DNA from: Leptonemataceae bacterium
GTDB lineage: Bacteria > Spirochaetota > Leptospiria > Leptospirales > Leptonemataceae
Length of the DNA: 64,000 nucleotides
Direction: 5' to 3'
NCBI GenBank assembly: GCA_965227295.1
Contig: OZ245742.1
Coordinates: forward strand, 2,208,001 to 2,272,000
The notes beneath the pieces are model-generated. The model ran no database searches, was not told the origin of the DNA, and worked only from the letters and a program-made list of their open reading frames with translations. The position numbers and the translations under genes were made by a program. Positions 1 through 8,493 of this stretch are shown piece after piece (the first letter of the stretch is position 1; each line of letters opens with the position of its first letter).

Positions 1-2274
1 TTTTGTCGGAGGGTCTGAGAGTTCCCCACTGCTCTGCGGCAGTTCTATTCCCGTTTCCTCTGCCAGCAATGCTGCGCCTTTGAGTGCGTATTCGACCGTC
101 TTGCTGAGAATCCGAAATTGATTTACGTCAAAGAACTCGCTCTGTGCTTCGAAGATGTGATCAAAAATTTTCTGATAGCGAGGCCCGCCCGAGGTCTTGC
201 CTTCCTTTATGATTTTGTAGCGGATGAACGCGGCGACCGGCATCGTAAAGCCGGTGTCCGTTCGGGTTCCTTTTTTACTGGCCTTGACCTCGCGGAACGC
301 AGCCATGAGCGCCTCGTATGTTGCATCTGCCGTGAGGTAACTTCTGGAAAGCAGTTGCGTTTCATTGTTGAATAGATACGCGGTGGTCCGCAATTCGTAA
401 ACGCCGGTCGCGTAATATGTACTCAGTCGCTGGCCGCTTTCGATGGCCAGTTGCTCGGTGTTGCAATCGTAGCTGCCGCTTACAAAATTTCCCAGGCGTT
501 CATCGCCGCCGTCTCCGTGTCCTTTCAAATGACACCATTCCTGGCGCGGCAGTTCGGTCGCGGTGGTTTGCTTGAGGTGTTGCCATTCGCCGCGAACGTC
601 GCCGTTGTTCCGTGCTAACGTCCAGCTCGCCAGGTTGTTCGCGGACAGTGCGTTGTGGGCAATTTTGTTGTCAATGGAGCGGTCCGCGACAAGCGGCGCA
701 ATGTGCCGCATGACGGACCCCGCGTTGATGCGGACCCCACGCGGATGACCAAGATCGGTGCCTTTGTTTTTCAGGGTGGGACCGGCCTGGCTCTTGATTG
801 TCTGAAGATTCTGCTGATTCCGAAAGGTGATCGGCAGGCTGAGTCCCGTGCTCTCATCTCGGATGACCTTGCCGTTTCGAACGGGACTACCGTCCGGCTC
901 TATTCTGATCTTTCGGTAGTAGTTTATGCTGAAGATTTGGAGGATCTCGGAATCCGTAAGCGAGTTGCCGGAATTACCTATTGCGAACGCGGCAAGATTT
1001 TGAAATATTCCCGGCCGGGGCGTATTGGTTAATACGTAAGTGCCGCAGACGTCATCTTGCTCTGTACGGCTTTTGAGAGTAATTGCTTCGTACGTAAAGT
1101 TGGGAGTATCTTTGACTTGTGTATACTCATAAGACCGCCCGTTCACCATCGGAGTTGTGTCTTTGACACTGATCCGGCGCTTCGGATCAAGTCCCAGTAC
1201 TTCGGCAAGTTTTTCAATTGCAGTATCTTCGAGACTGCCCTTATACTCCCAGAGATACCGCCCGGGTGCTACCTTCTGCGCCCGTCCGTATCCGTGCCCG
1301 CCGGAGGAAGTCCACAACAAGTGCGGGATCGGAGTCTTGCGTTGTAGATCCGCGTCTGCCCCCGTAAGATGATCGGGGAAAAGCAGGGAGCCGATTTCGT
1401 AGATCACATGTTTTCCGATACGGCCGGACCACTGCGTACTTTCATGTACGCTATTGAGAAATTGCTTTCCGCTCTTCGTTGAGGGCGGCGCATTCCCAAT
1501 ATGAACCGTCCTGTCGCGAAGGTTGAGGCAGGCATCTTTCGGATTTGAATTCCGTGAGTCGTGCCAACCGCTCCAGTATTCTAATCTCGATTCCTTTTTT
1601 ACCCGGACGGCAGGTATCCGCACAGAAGATGAATGATCGCGTTCTTCAAAATAGAAGGAGGATAACCCTGCGTTTACCCATTCAATCGATGCACCGATCC
1701 TGTAACATGGTCGATAGAATTTTTTCTCCTCTCTGTCGGGTTCAAGGGAGCCCGTCTTTATGGTCCTGTAAGATTCAGACGGATCTTCCGTTGGAATGAC
1801 GCCGGGGGATTCCGCCACTGCTGTAATTCCAAGGTCGTCGAAATTTTCGAAGGCGAATAAATGTACGCCGGCCCATTCAAAGCTGGAAGATATCTGTTCG
1901 GCCCTTAACTTGAGAGGTATTCCTCGAATGATTCGAGCGGTTTCGGCCAGTGTTGCTGCCTGGTCGGTGCTGCCGGCTATGCTGATGAACTGCTCCGAAA
2001 ATAGTTTCTCAAATCCTGCGTGCAAGTTTGAATAATCGATGGCGGCTAAAGCCCTGTAAACGAGTTCATGGCAGGCGCGGGAACTGGTAGCATTTTCTAT
2101 CACTGTGAACCACTGGTAGTAGAAGTCGCGAGCAATTCTGACATTGCCGGTCAATGCGCCGGAAAGGGGCGATGCGATCGCCGACCCGGTACTTTGTGTC
2201 TCCAATTCCCCGAAGTAGTCTTCGTCAAATTCGAAATACGTTCCCAATGTGGCTGCTGTGGTTGAAGTCGGCAT
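1..2274 (-). CDS. Large protein (>758 aa, 3' end outside window) with DNA/RNA non-specific (HNH/beta-beta-alpha-Me) endonuclease-like motif; candidate toxin
   Basis: Not in the ORF track. Manual translation from ATG at 2274 (MPTSTTAATLGTYFEF...) has no stop down to base 1. Motif EWCHLKGHGDGGDERLGNFVSGSYDCNTEQLAIE at 439-540. Starts 27 bp after the upstream stop. Confidence 0.8.
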   Translation of the reverse strand, partial: MPTSTTAATLGTYFEFDEDYFGELETQSTGSAIASPLSGALTGNVRIARDFYYQWFTVIENATSSRACHELVYRALAAIDYSNLHAGFEKLFSEQFISIAGSTDQAATLAETARIIRGIPLKLRAEQISSSFEWAGVHLFAFENFDDLGITAVAESPGVIPTEDPSESYRTIKTGSLEPDREEKKFYRPCYRIGASIEWVNAGLSSFYFEERDHSSSVRIPAVRVKKESRLEYWSGWHDSRNSNPKDACLNLRDRTVHIGNAPPSTKSGKQFLNSVHESTQWSGRIGKHVIYEIGSLLFPDHLTGADADLQRKTPIPHLLWTSSGGHGYGRAQKVAPGRYLWEYKGSLEDTAIEKLAEVLGLDPKRRISVKDTTPMVNGRSYEYTQVKDTPNFTYEAITLKSRTEQDDVCGTYVLTNTPRPGIFQNLAAFAIGNSGNSLTDSEILQIFSINYYRKIRIEPDGSPVRNGKVIRDESTGLSLPITFRNQQNLQTIKSQAGPTLKNKGTDLGHPRGVRINAGSVMRHIAPLVADRSIDNKIAHNALSANNLASWTLARNNGDVRGEWQHLKQTTATELPRQEWCHLKGHGDGGDERLGNFVSGSYDCNTEQLAIESGQRLSTYYATGVYELRTTAYLFNNETQLLSRSYLTADATYEALMAAFREVKASKKGTRTDTGFTMPVAAFIRYKIIKEGKTSGGPRYQKIFDHIFEAQSEFFDVNQFRILSKTVEYALKGAALLAEETGIELPQSSGELSDPPTK

Positions 2275-2301
2275 ACGTGTTCCGTTTATCGCTGGTTGAT
2301 T

Positions 2302-5300
2302 TCAGCATTTAATGATATAGACAATTTCAATCGGAGCCGGGCCTTTTGAAATCGAAGGCCCACTGGAACCAAACGGGTCCAACGGATTGAAGCCGCCGGA
2401 AGAACTGCCGACGTAGGCCAGATGCGCTCCGGGGCTATTTTGACGCGCCGAGAGGTTGTCGCTCCCCATAAGGATTCTCCCGCGCAGGTCCGGAGTCCGT
2501 GCTCCGATGGTATTGATCAGATCCTCACATTCACCTGGCACATAGCTTCCATCACACTTGATCCAGCCCTCCGGAATGGAGCGGCCCGCAAACGCCAGGA
2601 CCGTGCCCGTGGGCATAACATCACCGGCCTTATCCCGATAACGTCCGCGGGCAGCGTGAATGCCGCCTTCGTTGTCCACGCGAAGCCGGCCGCCGGAGTG
2701 TCCTGGTGCATCGACCCGGAATTCACCCTGGCCGGCGAGGCTCAGTGCGACTTCCTCCTCGTTACTTTCGATGCGCACCATGCGATCTACATGCAGGTTT
2801 GCGTTACGAACCTTCACCGGATGACTGGGTTTACCGCGTAAATTGAGGCCCCAGTTTTCCTCGATGCAGACTTCCGCGCGCCCACCGGACTCACCGCTCG
2901 ACAGGAAATCGATGCGGGAGCCGTCGCCGAAGTGACCGCTGTTCGTTGCGTTACGAAGCCCCAATTCGCCGCGAATCATCGTGCTGCCGTTGACGTCGAG
3001 TTTGCGTTCCGGATCGCCTCTGCCGATGCCGACGTTGCCGTCGTTCTTCACAATGAAACGTCCGCCGTGGACGAATGGTGCATCGACGCTCAATTCACCT
3101 TCGCCTGCGAGGCTCAGGATTGCATCGGAGTCGGCCCCGCTACCTTCGATGCGTACCGTGCGCTCAACATGCAGACTCCTGTCCAGATTCAGATCCGCGT
3201 TGCGCACTTTCACCGGGCGGGACTCATCGCCGACGAGATTCAATCCCCAGTTTTCTTCGATGGCAACCCTTGCGCGGTTCGTGTTCTCAATCTTGCCGCT
3301 GCTGAACAAATCAATGCGCGAACCCGTTCCGAGATGACCTTCGGTCCGCGCATTGTCCAGACCTACATCACCGCGGAGAACTGTGTTGCCGATCACGTCG
3401 AGCTTGTGCTGCGGGTCTGCGTTTCCGATGCCGACGTTGCCGTCGTTCTTCACAATGAAACGTCCGCCGTGGACGAATGGTGCATCGACGCTCAATTCAC
3501 CTTCGCCTGCGAGGCTCAGGATTGCATCGGAGTCGGCCCCGCTACCTTCGATGCGTACCGTGCGCTCAACGTGCAGATCCGCGTTGCGCACTTTCACCGG
3601 GCGGGACTCATCGCCGACGAGATTCAATCCCCAGTTTTCTTCGATGGCAACCCTTGCGCGGTTCGTGTTCTCAATCTTGCCGCTGCTGAACAAATCAATG
3701 CGCGAACCCGTTCCGAGATGACCTTCGGTCCGCGCATTGTCCAGACCTACATCACCGCGGAGAACTGTGTTGCCGATCACGTCGAGCTTGTGCTGCGGGT
3801 CTGCGTTTCCGATGCCGACGTTGCCGTCGTTCTTCACAATGAAACGTCCGCCGTGGACGAATGGTGCATCGACGCTCAATTCACCTTCGCCTGCGAGGCT
3901 CAGGATTGCATCGGAGTCGGCCCCGCTACCTTCGATGCGTACCGTGCGCTCAACGTGCAGATCCGCGTTGCGCACTTTCACCGGGCGGGACTCATCGCCG
4001 ACGAGATTCAATCCCCAGTTCTCTTCGATGGCGACCCTTGCGCGGTTCGTGTTCTCAATCTTGCCGCTGCTGAACAAATCAATGCGCGAACCCGTTCCGA
4101 GATGACCTTCGGTCCGCGCATTGTCCAGACCTACATCACCGCGGAGAACCGTGTTTCCGATCACGTCGAGCTTGTGTTGCGGGTCTGCGTTGCCGATGCC
4201 GACGTTGCCGTCGTTCTTTACGACGAATCGTCCGGCGACGACACCCGGCCCATCGACACGGAAGTCGCCGTGGCCGCCGAGACTCAGAACGGGATGGTCT
4301 TCCCCGGCTCCGTGAATGCGGGCCGAGCCATGGAGCAATGCATCGCCGATCACCTCAAGACCGGTTTGTTTCGTTACCGGGACCTGGAACTCCGTATCCC
4401 ATTGATCCCTCAGGTTGCGCACCGTGACGTGCACAAACGCAACGCCGTCTTCGCCGGAGATCGCCATGTTCGAAAATGAAAATCTTCGAAAGGCCAGATC
4501 CCTCGTTTCTCCCGCTGCGGCGAAACCCGTCACGGTAAATACGCGCAACACATCGTCGCCCGCTGAATGATTCGCGACCGCAACATTCAGGTCGTCCGCA
4601 TTCAGTGCGATGGCCTCGACTTCGGCTTGAGTTCCAAAGTTCATGGGGCCGGAAGTTTGGGGGCCGGCACGAAAAGTGAAATCGATTTCCGTGTCGGCTC
4701 CGAAGGTGACCGGCCGATCTCCCAGCCCTTGCAGAAACATCTCCAGCGTATTCGTATGACCGGCGCGATTCCAGAGTACATTGCTGCCGTACACGCCGAA
4801 GTGCAGGGGCGCATAGCCGAGCCCGTGATTCTGGAGAATGTCAAGGTGTGCGGTGCGGCGAAAGCCCAACTGCGGCCCGTCGGCATCCAGGCACAGGTTG
4901 CCGAATGTAACCTCGACCTGGGTACTGCGTGAGCCTGCACCCGGCGCGGCGGTGACACCCCTCAGGCGAAACGCGAGCTGCCAGGCCTGGCCGGCCGCGG
5001 GCGGCGTGATTGTAAGCTCTTTCGAAAACGCGCACGACCAGACCAGGGCTCCGTCCGTCCGACGCTCGATGGGGCCGCGGACCATCACCTCGTTGCCCGG
5101 CAGTGCCGTGCTCAGGCCTTCGCGGATGATCTCGTTCATGCCGGTGCGCAGATCGTCGCGCAAAGTGCCGGGCCGGAAAGCGAGGGCCAGGTTAAAGCCG
5201 CCGGGGCCGTTCGCGGCAAAGAGGCCGCTCGTTTTCGTGCCGACAAAGAGCTTAGCATCGAACGGGAGCAAGCCTGTGATATGCAGATCCTGAACGGCGT

Positions 5301-6381
5301 CGAGGTCGACGCGCTGCCAGCCGTGATCGTCAAGATAGTACAGTCCGCGATCCTGCGTTCCGGCGAAGATCGAATTCCCAAAGATTCCGAGAGTGGAAAC
5401 TAAGATCGAGGAGGGTTCGAGGTCTTGCGGCTCGCCGGCCGCGTCATGCGCGCGAAAGCGGTACAGGCCGTGGCCGCGACCGTTTGTGCCCACGTAGAGG
5501 TCGTCGCCGTAGCCGAGAATGCACGCGACGTTGGGATTCGCCACACCGGCCGCGTCCATCTGACGCCAGGTTCCGTCGATCTTATGAAAGAGGCCGAAAT
5601 CAAACGTACCCAGATACAACACACCGTTGTGTTCGTGCAGGACTGTAGTTTGTTTGGGATCAAACGGCACCGCTTCGACCTCGCCGACACTACCGCCGGC
5701 GGGAAAACGATAGAGTCCGTCACCGCGGCCGTTCGTGCCGACGTAGATGTCGTCGTTATGGCCGAGGATGCACGCGACGTTGGGATTCGCCAGGCCGGCC
5801 GGGTCCATCTGTTGCCAGGCGCCGTCGACCTTGCGAAAGATTCCGTAATCGAAGGTGCCCATGTAAAGCACGTCGTTGTACGCATATAACGCCGTGATCT
5901 GTTTCGGATCGAACGGAACGGCTTCGAGTTCGCCCTGGTCACTGCCGGCAGGAAAACGATAAAGGCCGTCGCCGCGGCCGTTCGTGCCGACGTAGATGTC
6001 GCCGCGATAGTCGATGATGCACGATACGTTGGGATTCGCCAGGCCGGCGGGGTTCATTTGCTGATACGATTCGCCGATTTTGCGATATACGCCGCGGTCA
6101 AAGGTCCCGACATACAGTACGCCGTTGAATGCGTGGAGCGCCGTAACGTCCTGCGGATCGAAGACGATGGACTGCGGTTCCGCGGCCGCCAGGACCGCCT
6201 TCCAGGTGTAGGTGTTCCGGTCCGTTTGCGTAAGCCGGACCTCGATCTGTTGTTCCGGCGCGGCCGCGTCGATCTGGTTCACGATGTAGAGGACCGGGAC
6301 CTGGTCGTCGAACTGATTGCGGATGTCCACTGCGAGGGGGAACGCGGTGTGAAAATTTTCGGTGTTTGTGAGATGATTCAT
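2302..6381 (-). CDS. Tail-fibre-like protein: N-terminal domain with inserted beta-propeller, 128-aa repeats, C-terminal phage tail collar domain
   Basis: 1359 aa. Blade repeats (LYVGT/IYVGTNGRG), GNVGIGxxxPxxKLDVxG fibre-type repeats, collar motif MPTGTVLAFAG..PEGWIKCDG..TPDLRGR..YIIKC. Confidence 0.8.
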   Translation of the reverse strand: MNHLTNTENFHTAFPLAVDIRNQFDDQVPVLYIVNQIDAAAPEQQIEVRLTQTDRNTYTWKAVLAAAEPQSIVFDPQDVTALHAFNGVLYVGTFDRGVYRKIGESYQQMNPAGLANPNVSCIIDYRGDIYVGTNGRGDGLYRFPAGSDQGELEAVPFDPKQITALYAYNDVLYMGTFDYGIFRKVDGAWQQMDPAGLANPNVACILGHNDDIYVGTNGRGDGLYRFPAGGSVGEVEAVPFDPKQTTVLHEHNGVLYLGTFDFGLFHKIDGTWRQMDAAGVANPNVACILGYGDDLYVGTNGRGHGLYRFRAHDAAGEPQDLEPSSILVSTLGIFGNSIFAGTQDRGLYYLDDHGWQRVDLDAVQDLHITGLLPFDAKLFVGTKTSGLFAANGPGGFNLALAFRPGTLRDDLRTGMNEIIREGLSTALPGNEVMVRGPIERRTDGALVWSCAFSKELTITPPAAGQAWQLAFRLRGVTAAPGAGSRSTQVEVTFGNLCLDADGPQLGFRRTAHLDILQNHGLGYAPLHFGVYGSNVLWNRAGHTNTLEMFLQGLGDRPVTFGADTEIDFTFRAGPQTSGPMNFGTQAEVEAIALNADDLNVAVANHSAGDDVLRVFTVTGFAAAGETRDLAFRRFSFSNMAISGEDGVAFVHVTVRNLRDQWDTEFQVPVTKQTGLEVIGDALLHGSARIHGAGEDHPVLSLGGHGDFRVDGPGVVAGRFVVKNDGNVGIGNADPQHKLDVIGNTVLRGDVGLDNARTEGHLGTGSRIDLFSSGKIENTNRARVAIEENWGLNLVGDESRPVKVRNADLHVERTVRIEGSGADSDAILSLAGEGELSVDAPFVHGGRFIVKNDGNVGIGNADPQHKLDVIGNTVLRGDVGLDNARTEGHLGTGSRIDLFSSGKIENTNRARVAIEENWGLNLVGDESRPVKVRNADLHVERTVRIEGSGADSDAILSLAGEGELSVDAPFVHGGRFIVKNDGNVGIGNADPQHKLDVIGNTVLRGDVGLDNARTEGHLGTGSRIDLFSSGKIENTNRARVAIEENWGLNLVGDESRPVKVRNADLNLDRSLHVERTVRIEGSGADSDAILSLAGEGELSVDAPFVHGGRFIVKNDGNVGIGRGDPERKLDVNGSTMIRGELGLRNATNSGHFGDGSRIDFLSSGESGGRAEVCIEENWGLNLRGKPSHPVKVRNANLHVDRMVRIESNEEEVALSLAGQGEFRVDAPGHSGGRLRVDNEGGIHAARGRYRDKAGDVMPTGTVLAFAGRSIPEGWIKCDGSYVPGECEDLINTIGARTPDLRGRILMGSDNLSARQNSPGAHLAYVGSSSGGFNPLDPFGSSGPSISKGPAPIEIVYIIKC
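3023..4218. repeat. Three near-identical in-frame tandem repeats (402, 384, 384 bp)
   Basis: ccgatgccgacgttgccgtcgttctt recurs at 3023, 3425, 3809 and 4193. The 3023 unit carries an 18-bp insertion (3175-3192, NLDRSL). Confidence 0.97.
5215..6165. repeat. Diverged 249-bp (83-aa, two-blade) beta-propeller repeats
   Basis: gttgggattcgcc at 5530, 5779 and 6028, encoding ANPNV(S/A)CI three times, plus a degenerate fourth unit. Confidence 0.9.
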
Positions 6382-6406
6382 GGAGTATGCCTTAGCTTAC
6401 TGTGAC

Positions 6407-8470
6407 TTAGTATTTGATAATGTAGACGAGGGCGTAGTACGGCGGCCGGTTCTCGTGGGGCTGATTGCCGCCGGTATCCGTGGTTCCGTAGAGGCGATTA
6501 TCGTCGTCGGTATCGCCGGAGCCGCGGTAGTTGCTGCCTTGTGTGCCGAATGGCCAACCATCGAAGGCCTCGCCCCAGCCATAGTGTTTATGCGAAGGCA
6601 TTTCGGATTCCGTTAGCGTTACCTGCGCTGCGCCGCCCGTCGCATTTCTGTGATAGCTTCTCCCCGCACCGACGACAAAACGATCCCGCAAATCGGGGGT
6701 ATGCGCTCCGACAATGCTCTTAAGCTCCGCGTACTTCACATCTCCAAGCCGGGTCCCGTCGCATAGCACCCAGCCTTCCGGAGCCCGGTCGCCGCCGTAC
6801 GCGATGATGCTGCCGACGGGCATCACGTAGCCGGATTTGTCAAAGACGCGGCCTTCCAGAACCCTAAGATCCGTTTCGCGAATCTTTACAGGACGTTCGT
6901 CAGTGCCGTATAAGTTCAGTCCGAAGTTTTCTTCAATAGAGGTGTAGACCTGCCCGTGCTTGTCTTTCCCTGTTAGAAAATCGATGCGCGAACCCGTTTC
7001 CAGTCGACCCTGATTCGATCTTCCCAGGGCCAACTCTTTGTTGATCGTTACTGTATTGTGGAAGGTCGTATTGCCGGAGACCTCCAGGGCGTTCTTCAGC
7101 TTCGCGTCGGATCCGACGGTCAGATTTCCGTCCAGTAATGTATCACCATCGACGGTTAGCCTTTTGTCGCCGTCGGCTTGCCGGCCGTCCGCGGGCAAGT
7201 CGCAACCGATCTGCACCTGACCTTCGGGGATCAGCAGGTCCGTGTTGCGAACCTTAACGGGATGTGTGGAATCCCCGCGGAGGTTCATGCCCCAGGCCTC
7301 TTCGATGGTGAGAACCGGTCGGTCCGAATCGCTAAGTCCCGCGCTCAAAAAGTCGATGCGAGAACAGTGGCCGTAATGACCTTCTGCTTTCGCCGGGCCC
7401 AGGCGCAGTTCACCCGTCAGCGTAGACGTCTCTTTGATTACGGGAATATGAAACTCGCTGTCCCAGTAGCCGGGAATGTTGCGTACTTGAACAGCGAGCA
7501 TCACGACGCCGTTTTCACCGGAGATCTGCACGTTCGAGAAGGGAAACAGAAGTTCGGTGAGGCTCTCGGATTCCTGAAAACCGGAAACGATGAACGCTAA
7601 GGTTCCGGCGTTATCATCTACGGGGCCTCGCACCAAATAACGGCGGCCTGCCGGACTCCCGTCGTCCATGTTCAACTGGTAGCCCCGGACTTCGGCGGAC
7701 TTTCCGAAGTGCATGCGCTTCGATGCGCTGGAAGCGTAGCGAAACGCGAGGACAATCTCCGTATGTTCGTTGAATCGGATCGGGACCCGTCCCTGTGTTT
7801 CGAAGTACGGCGTCAGTCGATTGTGCTCGCCCTGGCGATTCAAGAGTACGTTGCGGCCGTGGATGCCGAAAAAGAGCGGCGCGTAGCTGTGGCCGCGATG
7901 ATTGATGATGTCCATAGGCACGATGCGATTGAAGCCGAGGGCCGTCCCGGCAGCGTCCGCGTGGAGATTGCCGAAACCAAATTCGATCTGTGTACCGCGC
8001 GAACCGGCGCCCGGCTCGGCGGATACGCCTGCGAGTGTGAAGACGAAACTCCAGGGCGTCTCGCCGGACGCCGCTACATCGATATCGTTTGCGAACGAGC
8101 AGTAATACACGCGAACGCCGTCACTGGTGCGTTCCGCTGCCGTAACAGCGCATGGGCCCGCGCCGGTTTGACTTAAGGCGTTTCGGAGAATCGTCGCGAA
8201 GTTGTCCGCGACACTCTTGCGTAACGTGCCGGGTCGAAACGCCATCGCCAGATTGAAGTTCGATGCATCGGGCGCGTCACCGGCGGCCCTCCAGGTGTAC
8301 TTGCGTTCATCCGCACTCGTAATGCGAATCGTAAGGTTTTGCTCCGGCCCGGCGCTGTCGGGTGTGTCGACGATGTAGAGGATGGGCAGATCCTTCCCCT
8401 GAAACTGATTCTGGATTGCGACGTCGAACGGGTACACCGTACGAAAGCTGTGAATACTGGCGGTCATCAT
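6407..8470 (-). CDS. Tail-fibre-like protein with C-terminal phage tail collar domain; paralog of 2302-6381
   Basis: Likely ATG at 8470 with GGAGA RBS (track starts at 8524). MPVGSIIAYGG..APEGWVLCDG..TPDLRDRFVVGAG..HENRPPYYALVYIIKY. Shares FNLAxAFRPGTLR, APGAGSRxTQ and YAPLxFG with the paralog. Confidence 0.85.
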   Translation of the reverse strand: MMTASIHSFRTVYPFDVAIQNQFQGKDLPILYIVDTPDSAGPEQNLTIRITSADERKYTWRAAGDAPDASNFNLAMAFRPGTLRKSVADNFATILRNALSQTGAGPCAVTAAERTSDGVRVYYCSFANDIDVAASGETPWSFVFTLAGVSAEPGAGSRGTQIEFGFGNLHADAAGTALGFNRIVPMDIINHRGHSYAPLFFGIHGRNVLLNRQGEHNRLTPYFETQGRVPIRFNEHTEIVLAFRYASSASKRMHFGKSAEVRGYQLNMDDGSPAGRRYLVRGPVDDNAGTLAFIVSGFQESESLTELLFPFSNVQISGENGVVMLAVQVRNIPGYWDSEFHIPVIKETSTLTGELRLGPAKAEGHYGHCSRIDFLSAGLSDSDRPVLTIEEAWGMNLRGDSTHPVKVRNTDLLIPEGQVQIGCDLPADGRQADGDKRLTVDGDTLLDGNLTVGSDAKLKNALEVSGNTTFHNTVTINKELALGRSNQGRLETGSRIDFLTGKDKHGQVYTSIEENFGLNLYGTDERPVKIRETDLRVLEGRVFDKSGYVMPVGSIIAYGGDRAPEGWVLCDGTRLGDVKYAELKSIVGAHTPDLRDRFVVGAGRSYHRNATGGAAQVTLTESEMPSHKHYGWGEAFDGWPFGTQGSNYRGSGDTDDDNRLYGTTDTGGNQPHENRPPYYALVYIIKY

Positions 8471-8493
8471 GTTCTCCCGGGTCCGGTCGGTGA

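Noticed and set aside
3023..4218. Possible diversity-generating retroelement TR/VR pair
   Set aside because: Repeats are tandem and in frame with synonymous differences, and no reverse transcriptase is visible in the window.
2932..4479. 515-aa plus-strand repetitive ORF
   Set aside because: Antisense shadow of the repeat region of the fibre gene; no motifs of its own.
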